Positions 1 through 8,411 of a stretch of 64,000 nt of DNA are shown in pieces. The first letter of the stretch is position 1; every line of letters starts with the position of its first letter. Both the position numbers and the translations under genes were made by a program. Source of the DNA: Planctomycetaceae bacterium (GTDB taxonomy: Bacteria > Planctomycetota > Planctomycetia > Planctomycetales > Planctomycetaceae); the NCBI GenBank assembly GCA_041398725.1, contig JAWKUE010000003.1:339263-403262 (forward strand), given 5' to 3'. The notes under the pieces are model-generated. The model made no database searches. It worked only from the letters and a program-made list of their open reading frames with translations, and was not told the origin of the DNA.

Positions 1-1020
1 GCAGTACTGTTCGGAATCGGCGCCATGGGCCGGTTCGTTTCGGCACGGATGCTGGCCCGACAAACCGAACAACTCACCACATCGCAATTGACCGGCCACG
101 ATGCTGACCGATCTGTGACAGCAGCTCAAGAATCTTCGGACGACTGTGAATCAGGCACGCCTGACATTATTTCGGCGAAAGACCGATTCGCCGCCGTCCT
201 GCAAGCCCTGAAACAGCCGGGATCCGCTGGAAGACTGGTGTTGTTTCTGATGGCAGTGCAAACCGCCGTTCACGTATCAGGACCTTACTTCACACCCTAC
301 ATGCTCAAAGTTCTGAACCTGTCTTGGGTCCAGTACATGAGTCTGCTGTCGCTCGGCTTTATCGGAAAAATGCTCTCGCTGCCCTGGGCGGGCCGGTTCG
401 CCAATCGCTTCGGCCCGGATCGCCTGCTGTGGGTGGGAAGTATCGGCATCGTGCCGGTGAGTGCGTTGTGGTTCTTTTCGCAAAATATGTGGTGGCTGGC
501 GACGGTCCAGATTCTGAGTGGCCTGGTCTGGGGCTGCTATGAACTTGCGGTGCTTTTGCAGTTCTTTCGGCAGATTCCGGGCGAGCGTCGCGTTGCTGTC
601 CTGACGCTCTACAATCTTGGTAACTCGACCGCTATGGTTCTGGGCACCGTCATCGGCGGATACCTGTTGAATGCACTCGGACGCGGTCCGGACGCATACC
701 TGACAATCTTTGTCGCGTCCGGATGTATGCGATTCCTGGCGCTGCTGGCTATGCCCGACAGACAGAAAGCCGTACATACAACGCGAGGGGTTGTCTCAGA
801 ATGGATGGTGCGCTCGGTGCGCGGTTATGTTCATTCTGCACATTCAATCCGGGCCGTTCAGGAAATCCACATTCAGGTGCCTCAGGCCTGTGCTGTCTCA
901 GAGAGATTGCTGAGCCCGGACGAAGGTTCTTCTGTGACGTCCCGCGTGATTGAGGATGTCGGACCAGGCAAGCGCCGCGATGGATCGGCAGTCTCGCAGA
1001 GCGGATCCATGCGTTCGTAG
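1..1020 (+). CDS. MFS-type transporter, C-terminal part (5' end lies outside the window)
   Basis: Frame 1 is open from nt 1, so the listed ATG at 25 is internal. The product has at least 6 hydrophobic helices (LVLFLMAVQTAV, WVQYMSLLSLGFIG, LLWVGSIGIVPVSALWFF, WWLATVQILSGLVWGCYELAVLL, VAVLTLYNLGNSTAMVLGTVIGGYLL, YLTIFVASGCMRFLALLAM). It also has a GRFANRFG inter-helix loop typical of MFS half repeats. Confidence 0.7.
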   Translation, partial: AVLFGIGAMGRFVSARMLARQTEQLTTSQLTGHDADRSVTAAQESSDDCESGTPDIISAKDRFAAVLQALKQPGSAGRLVLFLMAVQTAVHVSGPYFTPYMLKVLNLSWVQYMSLLSLGFIGKMLSLPWAGRFANRFGPDRLLWVGSIGIVPVSALWFFSQNMWWLATVQILSGLVWGCYELAVLLQFFRQIPGERRVAVLTLYNLGNSTAMVLGTVIGGYLLNALGRGPDAYLTIFVASGCMRFLALLAMPDRQKAVHTTRGVVSEWMVRSVRGYVHSAHSIRAVQEIHIQVPQACAVSERLLSPDEGSSVTSRVIEDVGPGKRRDGSAVSQSGSMRS

Positions 1021-1150
1021 TTCGCTGGCCGGGTGAGATCGTCTACGGGCATTCGGGTGAGCGCGACATGATCAGTACCACATCGTTCCAGGACTGTCTA
1101 TAACACAAATTCATCTGATGACTGATGCACCGTCAACATAAGAATTTAAA

Positions 1151-1218
1151 GTAGTGGACGAGGCGACGAGTCCCGTTCACTCCCTGCAACTGCTGGGACT
1201 TGTGGCCTCGTCCACTAC
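1151..1218. repeat. REP-like palindromic element, copy 1 (opposite orientation to copies 2 and 3)
   Basis: Arms are GTAGTGGACGAGGCGACGAGTCCC (1151-1174) and GGGACTTGTGGCCTCGTCCACTAC (1195-1218), complementary at 22/24 with a 20-nt loop. It lies between convergent genes. The same element occurs at 52464-52530 and 63240-63306. Confidence 0.85.
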
Positions 1219-1302
1219 GATTCATTCCCATTTTAATTTCGACAGAGTACCAGGCCTCGAAAAAAGGGGCAGGAATGCCCTGCAATGAGGCCAGAACGAA
1301 AA

Positions 1303-4300
1303 TCATCGGACATACAGAAATTCGTTCGATGTTAACAAAACCTGGCAAAGATCAATCATTGCCTGTTGCGATTCTGTCAGGCTGGCAGGGATGTGGTCCC
1401 GGTGAATCTGAAGGTACCCGATCTGTTCCGCAAGGAATGCCATGGCGGCCACAAGCTCATCCGTTTCCGGGTAGCGACAGTAGGCAAGTTGCCACGCTTT
1501 GATCACCTGTCCGACAAGGAGCCCCGGTGGCTCCGGCGGTCCGTGAAATCCGGCAGCAGAATCGAATGTGTGAATCGTGCCATCCGCCGCTGTCAGACTG
1601 ATTGTTGCTGCCCAGCCGAACGAATCGGATGTATGATTGCTGAGACAGTCAACGATCAGATCAAGAGTGTCACCCGCTTCCACATGGTGTGCTGCGACCG
1701 GGCAGTCGGTTGTTGTGTTAAAGCAGGTCCATTCTCCCAACAACCCGGTGCCATCGGGCAACAATCGATCGCTGACGATGCGGGCCCGGACACCGTCGCC
1801 ATTCGGACTGCCGTGCTGGAGTGATCCAGAGACGGTCAGTGTTCCGGAAATCGGAGCCACCCAGCGGCGAATCACAGCGCGGCCGGGCTGCTCCGGATGT
1901 CCCCCGGCAGCGTTCAACAGTACGTAGCCCAGCTCCGGATCGGGCAACGTTGCGCTGGCCTGCCACTGTGTTCCGGTAAAGTATGGCAGTGGTGTAAATG
2001 ACTCCGTCTGTTTCGTGGTTTCATTTAATGTACCGTAGCCGTATTGCCACGCTTCGTGAGGCGGTGCCGGGAGAGGTGGCAGGCCAGCCAGTTGCTCTTC
2101 GGGAACGGGAGTTGCTTCCGACCGACAGCGTTCCGCCAGCTTCGCCGCGTGATTCAGAATCGTTCCGGAGTTCATCAACATCAACGATTGCGTAGCCACG
2201 GTCGAAACCGGACGGCGCTCACAATTCACTTCCATCACCGGCGCATCGAAGGCCTGCAACATGGCAACTGGCTGAGACCGGCGCACCTTGATGTACAGGC
2301 TGCGACGTGTCTCATCATCTTTGATGACAACCTGGCCGGCATCGTCCTCTGAAATCGGGGCTGGCGCGCCAAATTTCTGCGGATTCAAACGTCCGGTCAC
2401 AGCCAGCATTCGATCCCGCACGAGTTCAGCATCGAGTCGCATGATCGACTGACGCGAATAGAATCGATTGTCCGGATCCAGGGAATCATGCATTGCATCT
2501 CGTCGTGAAGACTGACGCCATGCCGTCGAGGCAAGTATGAGGCGATGCAGATACTTCACACTCCAGCCCTGCTGCATAAACTGATCGGCCAGCCAGTCCA
2601 GTAATTCCGGGTGCGTCGGAGCCACACCAAGGCGTCCAAAATCGGCGGGTGTTGGAACCAGTCCCTTGCCGAAATGATGCAGCCAGATCCGATTGACTAT
2701 CACCCGCGCTGTCAACGGATTGTCGGGTCCTGTCAGCCATTTTGCGAACGCCAGGCGGCGTCCGGAGGTTGGCAGGTCGGGATCGTCGGCAGCGAATTCG
2801 ACGCGCGCGTCTTCTGAGCAGGCGACCGTCAATGCCGCAGGTGTCACCACGGCAAGGGGCTGCTGAAAATCGCCGCGATGAAACAAACGTGTCTCCGGCA
2901 AATGTCCGGGGGGTTCCGTCAATACACTGAGGAATTCTTCAGGAGGACGTTTTGCATTGACCTCGGCGATCCTTGCGTCGTACTTTTTGAGATCTTCAGC
3001 GGCCTCCGGCAGATACTGATAGAGGACTCCCGGTGAAATATTCACGCTCGGGTTTTTGTCGAGCAGTGCGGCTTGCTCGGGAGTACGCTGTGCGGCTTCG
3101 GTTTGGTACGCCAGCTTTAATGAAGTACGCAACGGCTCTTCATATTTGAGCAATTCTTTTTCCAGAGCCTGAGCCATGTACTCCTTTTCCTTCGCCGCGC
3201 GTTCGGTTGCGATGACACCCGCTTCCGCACTGACTTCCGCCGACTTTTGTCGATCGGCGGCGGTATACAGCGAAACCAGTCGCTGCGACGGAACTTTCCA
3301 GTTCTGCCAGTCCATTGCCGGGGCGAAGACTGCTCGCAGGGCAAAATAGTCGGTCTGCGGTATGGGGTCATACCGATGATCATGGCATTGTGCGCAGCCG
3401 ACACTCAGTCCCATCAATGACGTACTGACGATTTTTATCGTGTCGGCGATCGTCTGATTACGGCCCGTCGGATTGTCTTCACCGCTGCCGGTACCGTCGG
3501 CGGCCATCCGCAGAAATCCCGTTGCGGTCAACAATTCAATCTGTGCTGCAGTGAGGTCGCCCTGCTGCGGCCCGGCAAGTTCGTCACCTGCCAGCTGCTC
3601 CGTGATGAAACGATCAAACGGCTTGTCAGCGTTGAAGGCTCGAATGACATAGTCGCGGTACTTCCACGCCCATGGTCGTTCCGGATCGCTGACAGTGGAA
3701 CCATCCGAGTCCGCATAACCAGCGACATCCAGCCAATGCCGCGCCCACCGTTCTCCGTACTCCGGAGACGCCAGCAGCGTATCCACCATCCGAGGATACC
3801 AGTCTTCGGAAGGCTCGTTCAGCCATTGCTGCACCGCCGCAACGGATGGTGGCAGTCCCGTCAGATCAAAATAAACGCGCTGAATCAGTGTCTGTCGATC
3901 TGCATCGTCGGCAAACGTCAGACCATCTGGCATCGGTGCCAGCAGAAATGTATCGATCGGATTACGGACACGTCCCTGCACGTCTTCACGCACGTGCGGT
4001 TCTGCAGGGCCGCGAATTGGCTGAAAGGACCAGAAGGCCCGTTCTTCCGGCGTCACGCCGAGCCCTGGTGGGATGGATTCAGGTTCAGGGCGAGCCGTCT
4101 TTGCTCCGTCATTGATCCACCGTGTCAGTGTATCGATTTCTTTTGCTGTCAGTTTTGTTTCACCAGGCGGCATTTCTCCCGCACGCACTCGCTCGAACAG
4201 CAGACTTCCACCGGCGTCGCCAGGCACAAGTGCCGCACCGGAGTCGCCCCCCCGCTGCATCAAGCGAACCTGCCGCAGGTCGAGTCCGCCTTCGGGCTGG

Positions 4301-4467
4301 TCCGTGGCCCCATGGCAATCAAAACAATGAGCTCTCAGGATCGGGCGAATATCACGCTCGAACGTCACGTCGTCCGCAGAAATCATGGGACTACAAAACG
4401 ATAGCACCGCGGACGCCATCCAGCTCGCGAAAAATTTGCCAACAGTTAAGTGCATTAATCGGCTCAT
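1303..4467 (-). CDS. PSCyt1 / PSCyt2 (DUF1549) / PSD1 (DUF1553) family protein with an extra C-terminal domain
   Basis: A signal-like MSRLMHLTVGKFFASWMASAVLSF is followed by a CFDCHG cytochrome-c-like motif. It has a DUF1549-like block (NPIDTFLL..RVYFDLTGLPPS), CAQCHDHRYDP, and a DUF1553-like block (WLTGPDNPLTARVIVNRIWLHHFG). I moved the start to ATG 4467; the ORF is open to 4602. Confidence 0.9.
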   Translation of the reverse strand: MSRLMHLTVGKFFASWMASAVLSFCSPMISADDVTFERDIRPILRAHCFDCHGATDQPEGGLDLRQVRLMQRGGDSGAALVPGDAGGSLLFERVRAGEMPPGETKLTAKEIDTLTRWINDGAKTARPEPESIPPGLGVTPEERAFWSFQPIRGPAEPHVREDVQGRVRNPIDTFLLAPMPDGLTFADDADRQTLIQRVYFDLTGLPPSVAAVQQWLNEPSEDWYPRMVDTLLASPEYGERWARHWLDVAGYADSDGSTVSDPERPWAWKYRDYVIRAFNADKPFDRFITEQLAGDELAGPQQGDLTAAQIELLTATGFLRMAADGTGSGEDNPTGRNQTIADTIKIVSTSLMGLSVGCAQCHDHRYDPIPQTDYFALRAVFAPAMDWQNWKVPSQRLVSLYTAADRQKSAEVSAEAGVIATERAAKEKEYMAQALEKELLKYEEPLRTSLKLAYQTEAAQRTPEQAALLDKNPSVNISPGVLYQYLPEAAEDLKKYDARIAEVNAKRPPEEFLSVLTEPPGHLPETRLFHRGDFQQPLAVVTPAALTVACSEDARVEFAADDPDLPTSGRRLAFAKWLTGPDNPLTARVIVNRIWLHHFGKGLVPTPADFGRLGVAPTHPELLDWLADQFMQQGWSVKYLHRLILASTAWRQSSRRDAMHDSLDPDNRFYSRQSIMRLDAELVRDRMLAVTGRLNPQKFGAPAPISEDDAGQVVIKDDETRRSLYIKVRRSQPVAMLQAFDAPVMEVNCERRPVSTVATQSLMLMNSGTILNHAAKLAERCRSEATPVPEEQLAGLPPLPAPPHEAWQYGYGTLNETTKQTESFTPLPYFTGTQWQASATLPDPELGYVLLNAAGGHPEQPGRAVIRRWVAPISGTLTVSGSLQHGSPNGDGVRARIVSDRLLPDGTGLLGEWTCFNTTTDCPVAAHHVEAGDTLDLIVDCLSNHTSDSFGWAATISLTAADGTIHTFDSAAGFHGPPEPPGLLVGQVIKAWQLAYCRYPETDELVAAMAFLAEQIGYLQIHRDHIPASLTESQQAMIDLCQVLLTSNEFLYVR

Positions 4468-4685
4468 CCGGACACTCCACGAATACAATCGCCACAAAAC
4501 TACGCGATGAACGTTCAGGCGGGGTTTATGCGTCGCTTCATTGTATTGTCCAGATTCGGTTGACGGTATCAAATTCAATCTTCTAAGGCGCTCGAATCTC
4601 ATACCAGATACGTGATGGCAAACTTTCGACTTTGGGTTGCTTCAGGTCCGGAAGACGGAATAAAATGCTAGCCCTGGAGGTTGAG

Positions 4686-5135
4686 TCATTCCGCCCCGTC
4701 GGACTCCTGCCTGGCGGCTGTCATCACGCTTTCCAGAGTGACCGGCACGCCTCCGTGACGCTTGCTTTCGTCTGCCGCTTCGATGAAGGCAAAGTTCGCA
4801 ATCGTTTCGGCTTCGCTGATCAGCGGCTGACGTGTCCTGAAGAATTTCACGATCTCAATCACCAGCCCTTCATAATCGGCCGGCAGAGAAATCTGCTGAT
4901 GGCTTTTCGTGCCGAAGATGGATGCCCCGAAGCCAGTCATATTCGATATCGAAGCCAGCCCCCAAAAAGCAATCGCCAGAAACGATGCATACAAATCCCA
5001 CCAGCGAGCGGCAGGGCGTCAGCCCTCCGTGTCCACGCGCCACCTGTCACCCTCGACAATCTTCATCACGGAAACACCAACAGTAAACTCGTCAAGCCCA
5101 CTCTCGTCATGGCATTCGCATGATCGCAACACGTC
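4686..5135 (-). pseudogene. Possible remnant of a Gfo/Idh/MocA-type oxidoreductase (C-terminal part only)
   Basis: The tail IVKFFRTRQPLISEAETIANFAFIEAADESKRHGGVPVTL resembles the C-terminal helix of Gfo/Idh/MocA enzymes. The frame stays open upstream to 5135 except for one in-frame TGA at 5019-5021. There is no room for the N-terminal Rossmann domain before the next gene. Confidence 0.3.
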
Positions 5136-5328
5136 TCAGGAATCGCAACACGGAGGGATGACGCCCAGCCGCTCGCCGAGTGACTGAGAAGAATAACGCG
5201 CATGTTTCGACGTCGCGAAAGGATCAGCTATGATCCGCAAAGTGCGTGATTCCAAATTCGGTACAGTTGGGTCCATCATCCGTCGGTGCTATCCGGCAAT
5301 TCCTGTTCACGATCAGAAATTTGAAACT

Positions 5329-6507
5329 ATGAAGATCGATTCCGTCGATTTTTATTATCTCTCCATGCCTCAGGTCCTGGACATTGGCGATGGCAGCCAG
5401 GATGCGTTGCTCGTCCGAGTCGCTGCTGGTGATTGCGTCGGCTGGGGTGAATGCGAGGCGGCTCCGCTGGTTTCGATTGCCAGCCTGGTTTGTCCCATGT
5501 CACACAGTGCATGCAAACCAGTGATTGCTTCGGTGGTCGGTCAGGAGATTAATCAAGTCAGTGACATTCGCCGCATCGGCAATCTCGTCCGTGCCAACAG
5601 CCTTGATCTGCTGCAGGCAGACCACACATTATCGGGAATCGACATTGCGTTATGGGATCTGCTCGGTCGTCACCTGAACGAACCGGTCTGGAAACTACTC
5701 GGGTACAAGTCCGGTTTTGCAAAAACGCCGTACGCTTCGGTGCTGTTTGGCGATACCGCCGCGGAGACACTCCAGAAGGCGAAATCCATCTCAGCGCTGG
5801 GGTTTCGAGCGGCGAAGTTTGGCTGGGGCCCGTTTGGAATATCGACTGTTGAGGCGGATTGTGATCAGCTAGCCGCAGCCCGCGAAGGGCTGGGCAAAGA
5901 CGGCATTCTGCTGATTGATGCGGGCACCGTCTGGAACACTGATCTGGACGCTGCGCGGGCTCGCCTGAAAATGCTGAAGGAAGTCAACGCCACCTGGCTG
6001 GAAGAGCCCTTCGTCTCCGGTGCCTTGTCAGAGTACCACGCGCTGTCACGGGAGAGCGGCCAGGTCGGAATGGCGGGCGGAGAAGGTTGTCACAACTTCC
6101 ATATGGCCAAACACATGATCGACTATGCCGGCCTGAAATACGTGCAGATCGACGCGGGTCGCATCGGTGGCATTACGATCAGCAAAGACGTGGCAGACTA
6201 TGCAGTTGCCAAAGGAGTAACCTACGTCAATCACACATTCACATCCAACCTTGCCTTGTCCGCATCCCTGCAGCCTTTCGCCGGACTTGAGTCGCATACG
6301 ATTTGTGAATTTCCGACGGAGCTCAAATCACTGGCCAGAGCCATGACGAAGAATCACATTGTTCCGGATAAGGATGGCCTGCTGCATGTTCCTGATGCAC
6401 CCGGGCTTGGGATTGAACCGGACTTCGAGGGCATCGCTCCGTATCTTGTGGACATTGAAATCCGCGTGCGCGGTAAACAGATCTATGCGACACCCGAATT
6501 GCGGTAG
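5329..6507 (+). CDS. Enolase-superfamily enzyme (mandelate racemase / muconate lactonizing enzyme family)
   Basis: The N-terminal capping domain is MKIDSVDFYYLSMP..VRVAAGDCVGWGECEA. Barrel motifs are KFGWGPFG, LLIDAGTVW, WLEEPF, AGGEGC and QIDAGRIGGIT, matching the Asp/Glu/Glu metal-ligand spacing. Start set at ATG 5329. Confidence 0.9.
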   Translation: MKIDSVDFYYLSMPQVLDIGDGSQDALLVRVAAGDCVGWGECEAAPLVSIASLVCPMSHSACKPVIASVVGQEINQVSDIRRIGNLVRANSLDLLQADHTLSGIDIALWDLLGRHLNEPVWKLLGYKSGFAKTPYASVLFGDTAAETLQKAKSISALGFRAAKFGWGPFGISTVEADCDQLAAAREGLGKDGILLIDAGTVWNTDLDAARARLKMLKEVNATWLEEPFVSGALSEYHALSRESGQVGMAGGEGCHNFHMAKHMIDYAGLKYVQIDAGRIGGITISKDVADYAVAKGVTYVNHTFTSNLALSASLQPFAGLESHTICEFPTELKSLARAMTKNHIVPDKDGLLHVPDAPGLGIEPDFEGIAPYLVDIEIRVRGKQIYATPELR

Positions 6508-6645
6508 CCGCCCAAGCCGGACGCCCGTCGGTCCGTCCCATGGCGTGGACTGAAGGCGAAACGTGGCACTTGACGGCTCTGCCGACCCCGCGTCGGTCGA
6601 CCGCCGACTTGCAAGCTACTCCGCGACGCGAAAATAACGCTCCCT

Positions 6646-6709
6646 CACTCCTCTCCGTTTTTTTGCTCGCCTTCGGCGAGGAAAAAAAGGGGAGGAGTGT
6701 TGTGTTTTA
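6646..6709 (+). terminator. Long GC-rich hairpin followed by a T-rich tail; likely intrinsic terminator of the enolase-family gene
   Basis: CACTCCTCTCCG-T7-GCTCGCCTTCGGCGAGG-A7-GGGGAGGAGTG forms a nested stem of roughly 26 bp (6646-6699), followed by TTGTGTTTT. Confidence 0.5.
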
Positions 6710-7383
6710 CGTGGCGTAGTTGTAGCCCACCAGTCTTGCTCCCGCCGACACGGGGTCGGACGGAGAGCTTAAGTCCGCTCCATTGGTCGCTCCATTAATG
6801 GAATTGAGTCCAAACTGAGCCGAGTTCCCTACCTCGGCCGGATGTTCAGGAATGCGTCCGTGGCGCAGGAAACCCACGCATTGCCCCATGGCACTACCAT
6901 TCCTCGCTTCTAAGGTCATGGTGGCACTGGGAGAAGGCTCCGAGATCAGGGAGCGAATAGGTGTCGATTTTGACTTTAGCTCCGACACGAATAAGTCGGT
7001 TCTGAGAAATGAAGTGGCTTTTCTAATTCAAGAGCAGAGTAACCAAAGTCCCCTCTCGCAGGTCGAGGCGCGAGCGTCAGGGTGACGCGTTGGGGATTAG
7101 TTCTAAAGTCGTGACCTGCAGAAAGACCGTCGCTCATCCAGCCTCCGGCCACCTTCTCTCCTTACGAAGCGAAGGGGAGAAGGGGCTTGGTGAAAGCGTC
7201 TTCCTGCTCGTCACTACGTCATTTCATGCCGCGCATAGAATAGATGAGGAGCTGGTGGTTCCATGTCTGCAGCACAGAGAACCACAGCATGTCGTGATTT
7301 GTCTGGCGAATTATCGTTTTGCCGATGACTGAACAGTGCTCTGTACGACTGGAGCAGTCGTTCTGCAACAGAGCGATCGCCGT

Positions 7384-7425
7384 TCATTGCTCATTGCTCA
7401 TTGCTCATTGCTCATTGCTCATTGA
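7384..7425. repeat. Heptanucleotide tandem repeat (TCATTGC) x6
   Basis: Five perfect units and one imperfect unit were read directly. The repeat lies immediately 3' of the truncated amine-oxidase fragment. Confidence 0.95.
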
Positions 7426-7430
7426 ACTGG

Positions 7431-7918
7431 TTATCCCTTCAGCACTTCCGGGTCTTTATCCTGAGCCTGCTTCAGGCGATCAAAGAGCTGTTCGCGAATG
7501 TTCTCAAGATTTTCCGCGGCCTCTTCGTCCAGCGGGTTGCCATTCACATCATAAACGATTGCATTGTCGTAGCGGGTCGCGACTCGTTTGGCCTGAATGC
7601 TGTCCGCGAGGCTGGTGAGCGGGGTGCCTTTGACGCCGTTAATCCACGTGGCCCCGAAATCAGGCAGCAACTCCGGCCAGTGGTTGCTTGTCCTGATACG
7701 CCCACCAGCGCGGTCACGCGTTTCAAGCACGACGACCTCTGGCCCAGAGATCTCAGTTTCTGAGCCGCCGCCAAACCAGATAGCCCGGCTCCGATAATCA
7801 AGGTGCGATCCGTACCATCCGGGCCTTCGGGAGATTTACGCGGTTCGGCTGACTTTACAGAATCCAGTCCGGCGATCGCCAATCGACACATGCCTATGGC
7901 GTGTCGTCGATTCAACAT
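7431..7918 (-). pseudogene. FAD-dependent amine oxidase, N-terminal fragment with a frameshift and 3' truncation
   Basis: A Tat-like MLNRRHAIGMCRLAIAGL is followed by the dinucleotide-binding motif TLIIGAGLSGLAAAQKLRSLG in one frame. The sequence continues as EVVVLETRDRAGGRIRT..FGATWING in another frame, with the shift near 7740-7745. The ORF stops after about 160 aa, whereas such enzymes are expected to be about 450 aa. Confidence 0.7.
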
Positions 7919-7996
7919 AGGGTGCTCACGACCGCAGCTTCCTGTGCAGAGAGCGCAGCACCAGAACCGCGACGAACGTGTTACCGAAAGCGGTAT

Positions 7997-8269
7997 TTAG
8001 CCGACGAACGTTTTTCGCTTGAGTGCCGCGAGGCGGGACTTGGTCCGAGAAGCGGCATTCTTGTGAATCAGCTTCTTTGAAGCGGCCTGATCGAGAGCTT
8101 TCACGACAAGGCTAAATTGCTTGTCAGCGTCTTCCTGCGTCGGTTTTTCAGCGAGGTACGCGCGGAACTTCTTCAGTCGCGTGCGAAGCGAACCTCGCTG
8201 TTGACGATTCCGGTCACGGCGAGTGTTGGACCGACGGAGAGATTTTTCTGCGGACGCTGAATTGGGCAT
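7997..8269 (-). CDS. rpsT: 30S ribosomal protein S20
   Basis: MPNSASAEKSLRRSNTRRDRNRQQRGSLRTRLKKF..ASKKLIHKNAASRTKSRL is a typical S20 sequence. Start set at ATG 8269. Confidence 0.9.
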   Translation of the reverse strand: MPNSASAEKSLRRSNTRRDRNRQQRGSLRTRLKKFRAYLAEKPTQEDADKQFSLVVKALDQAASKKLIHKNAASRTKSRLAALKRKTFVG

Positions 8270-8411
8270 AGCGGAACACTGTGTCGTAAACGAGTTGAAG
8301 ACCGAACAAACGCCGGAAAACGCGATTCCAGCCAATTCACGGATTCAAATTTGAACGCGGAAAGATAATCACTTGTCCTGAAAAATGCCAGCCTGATCGC
8401 TGAAACATGTG

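Noticed and set aside
6707-6988. A 93-aa minus-strand ORF downstream of the terminator hairpin was briefly considered as a DUF1559 / pseudopilin C-terminal remnant.
   Set aside because: I could not align any diagnostic motif. There is no credible upstream continuation, so it is left unannotated.
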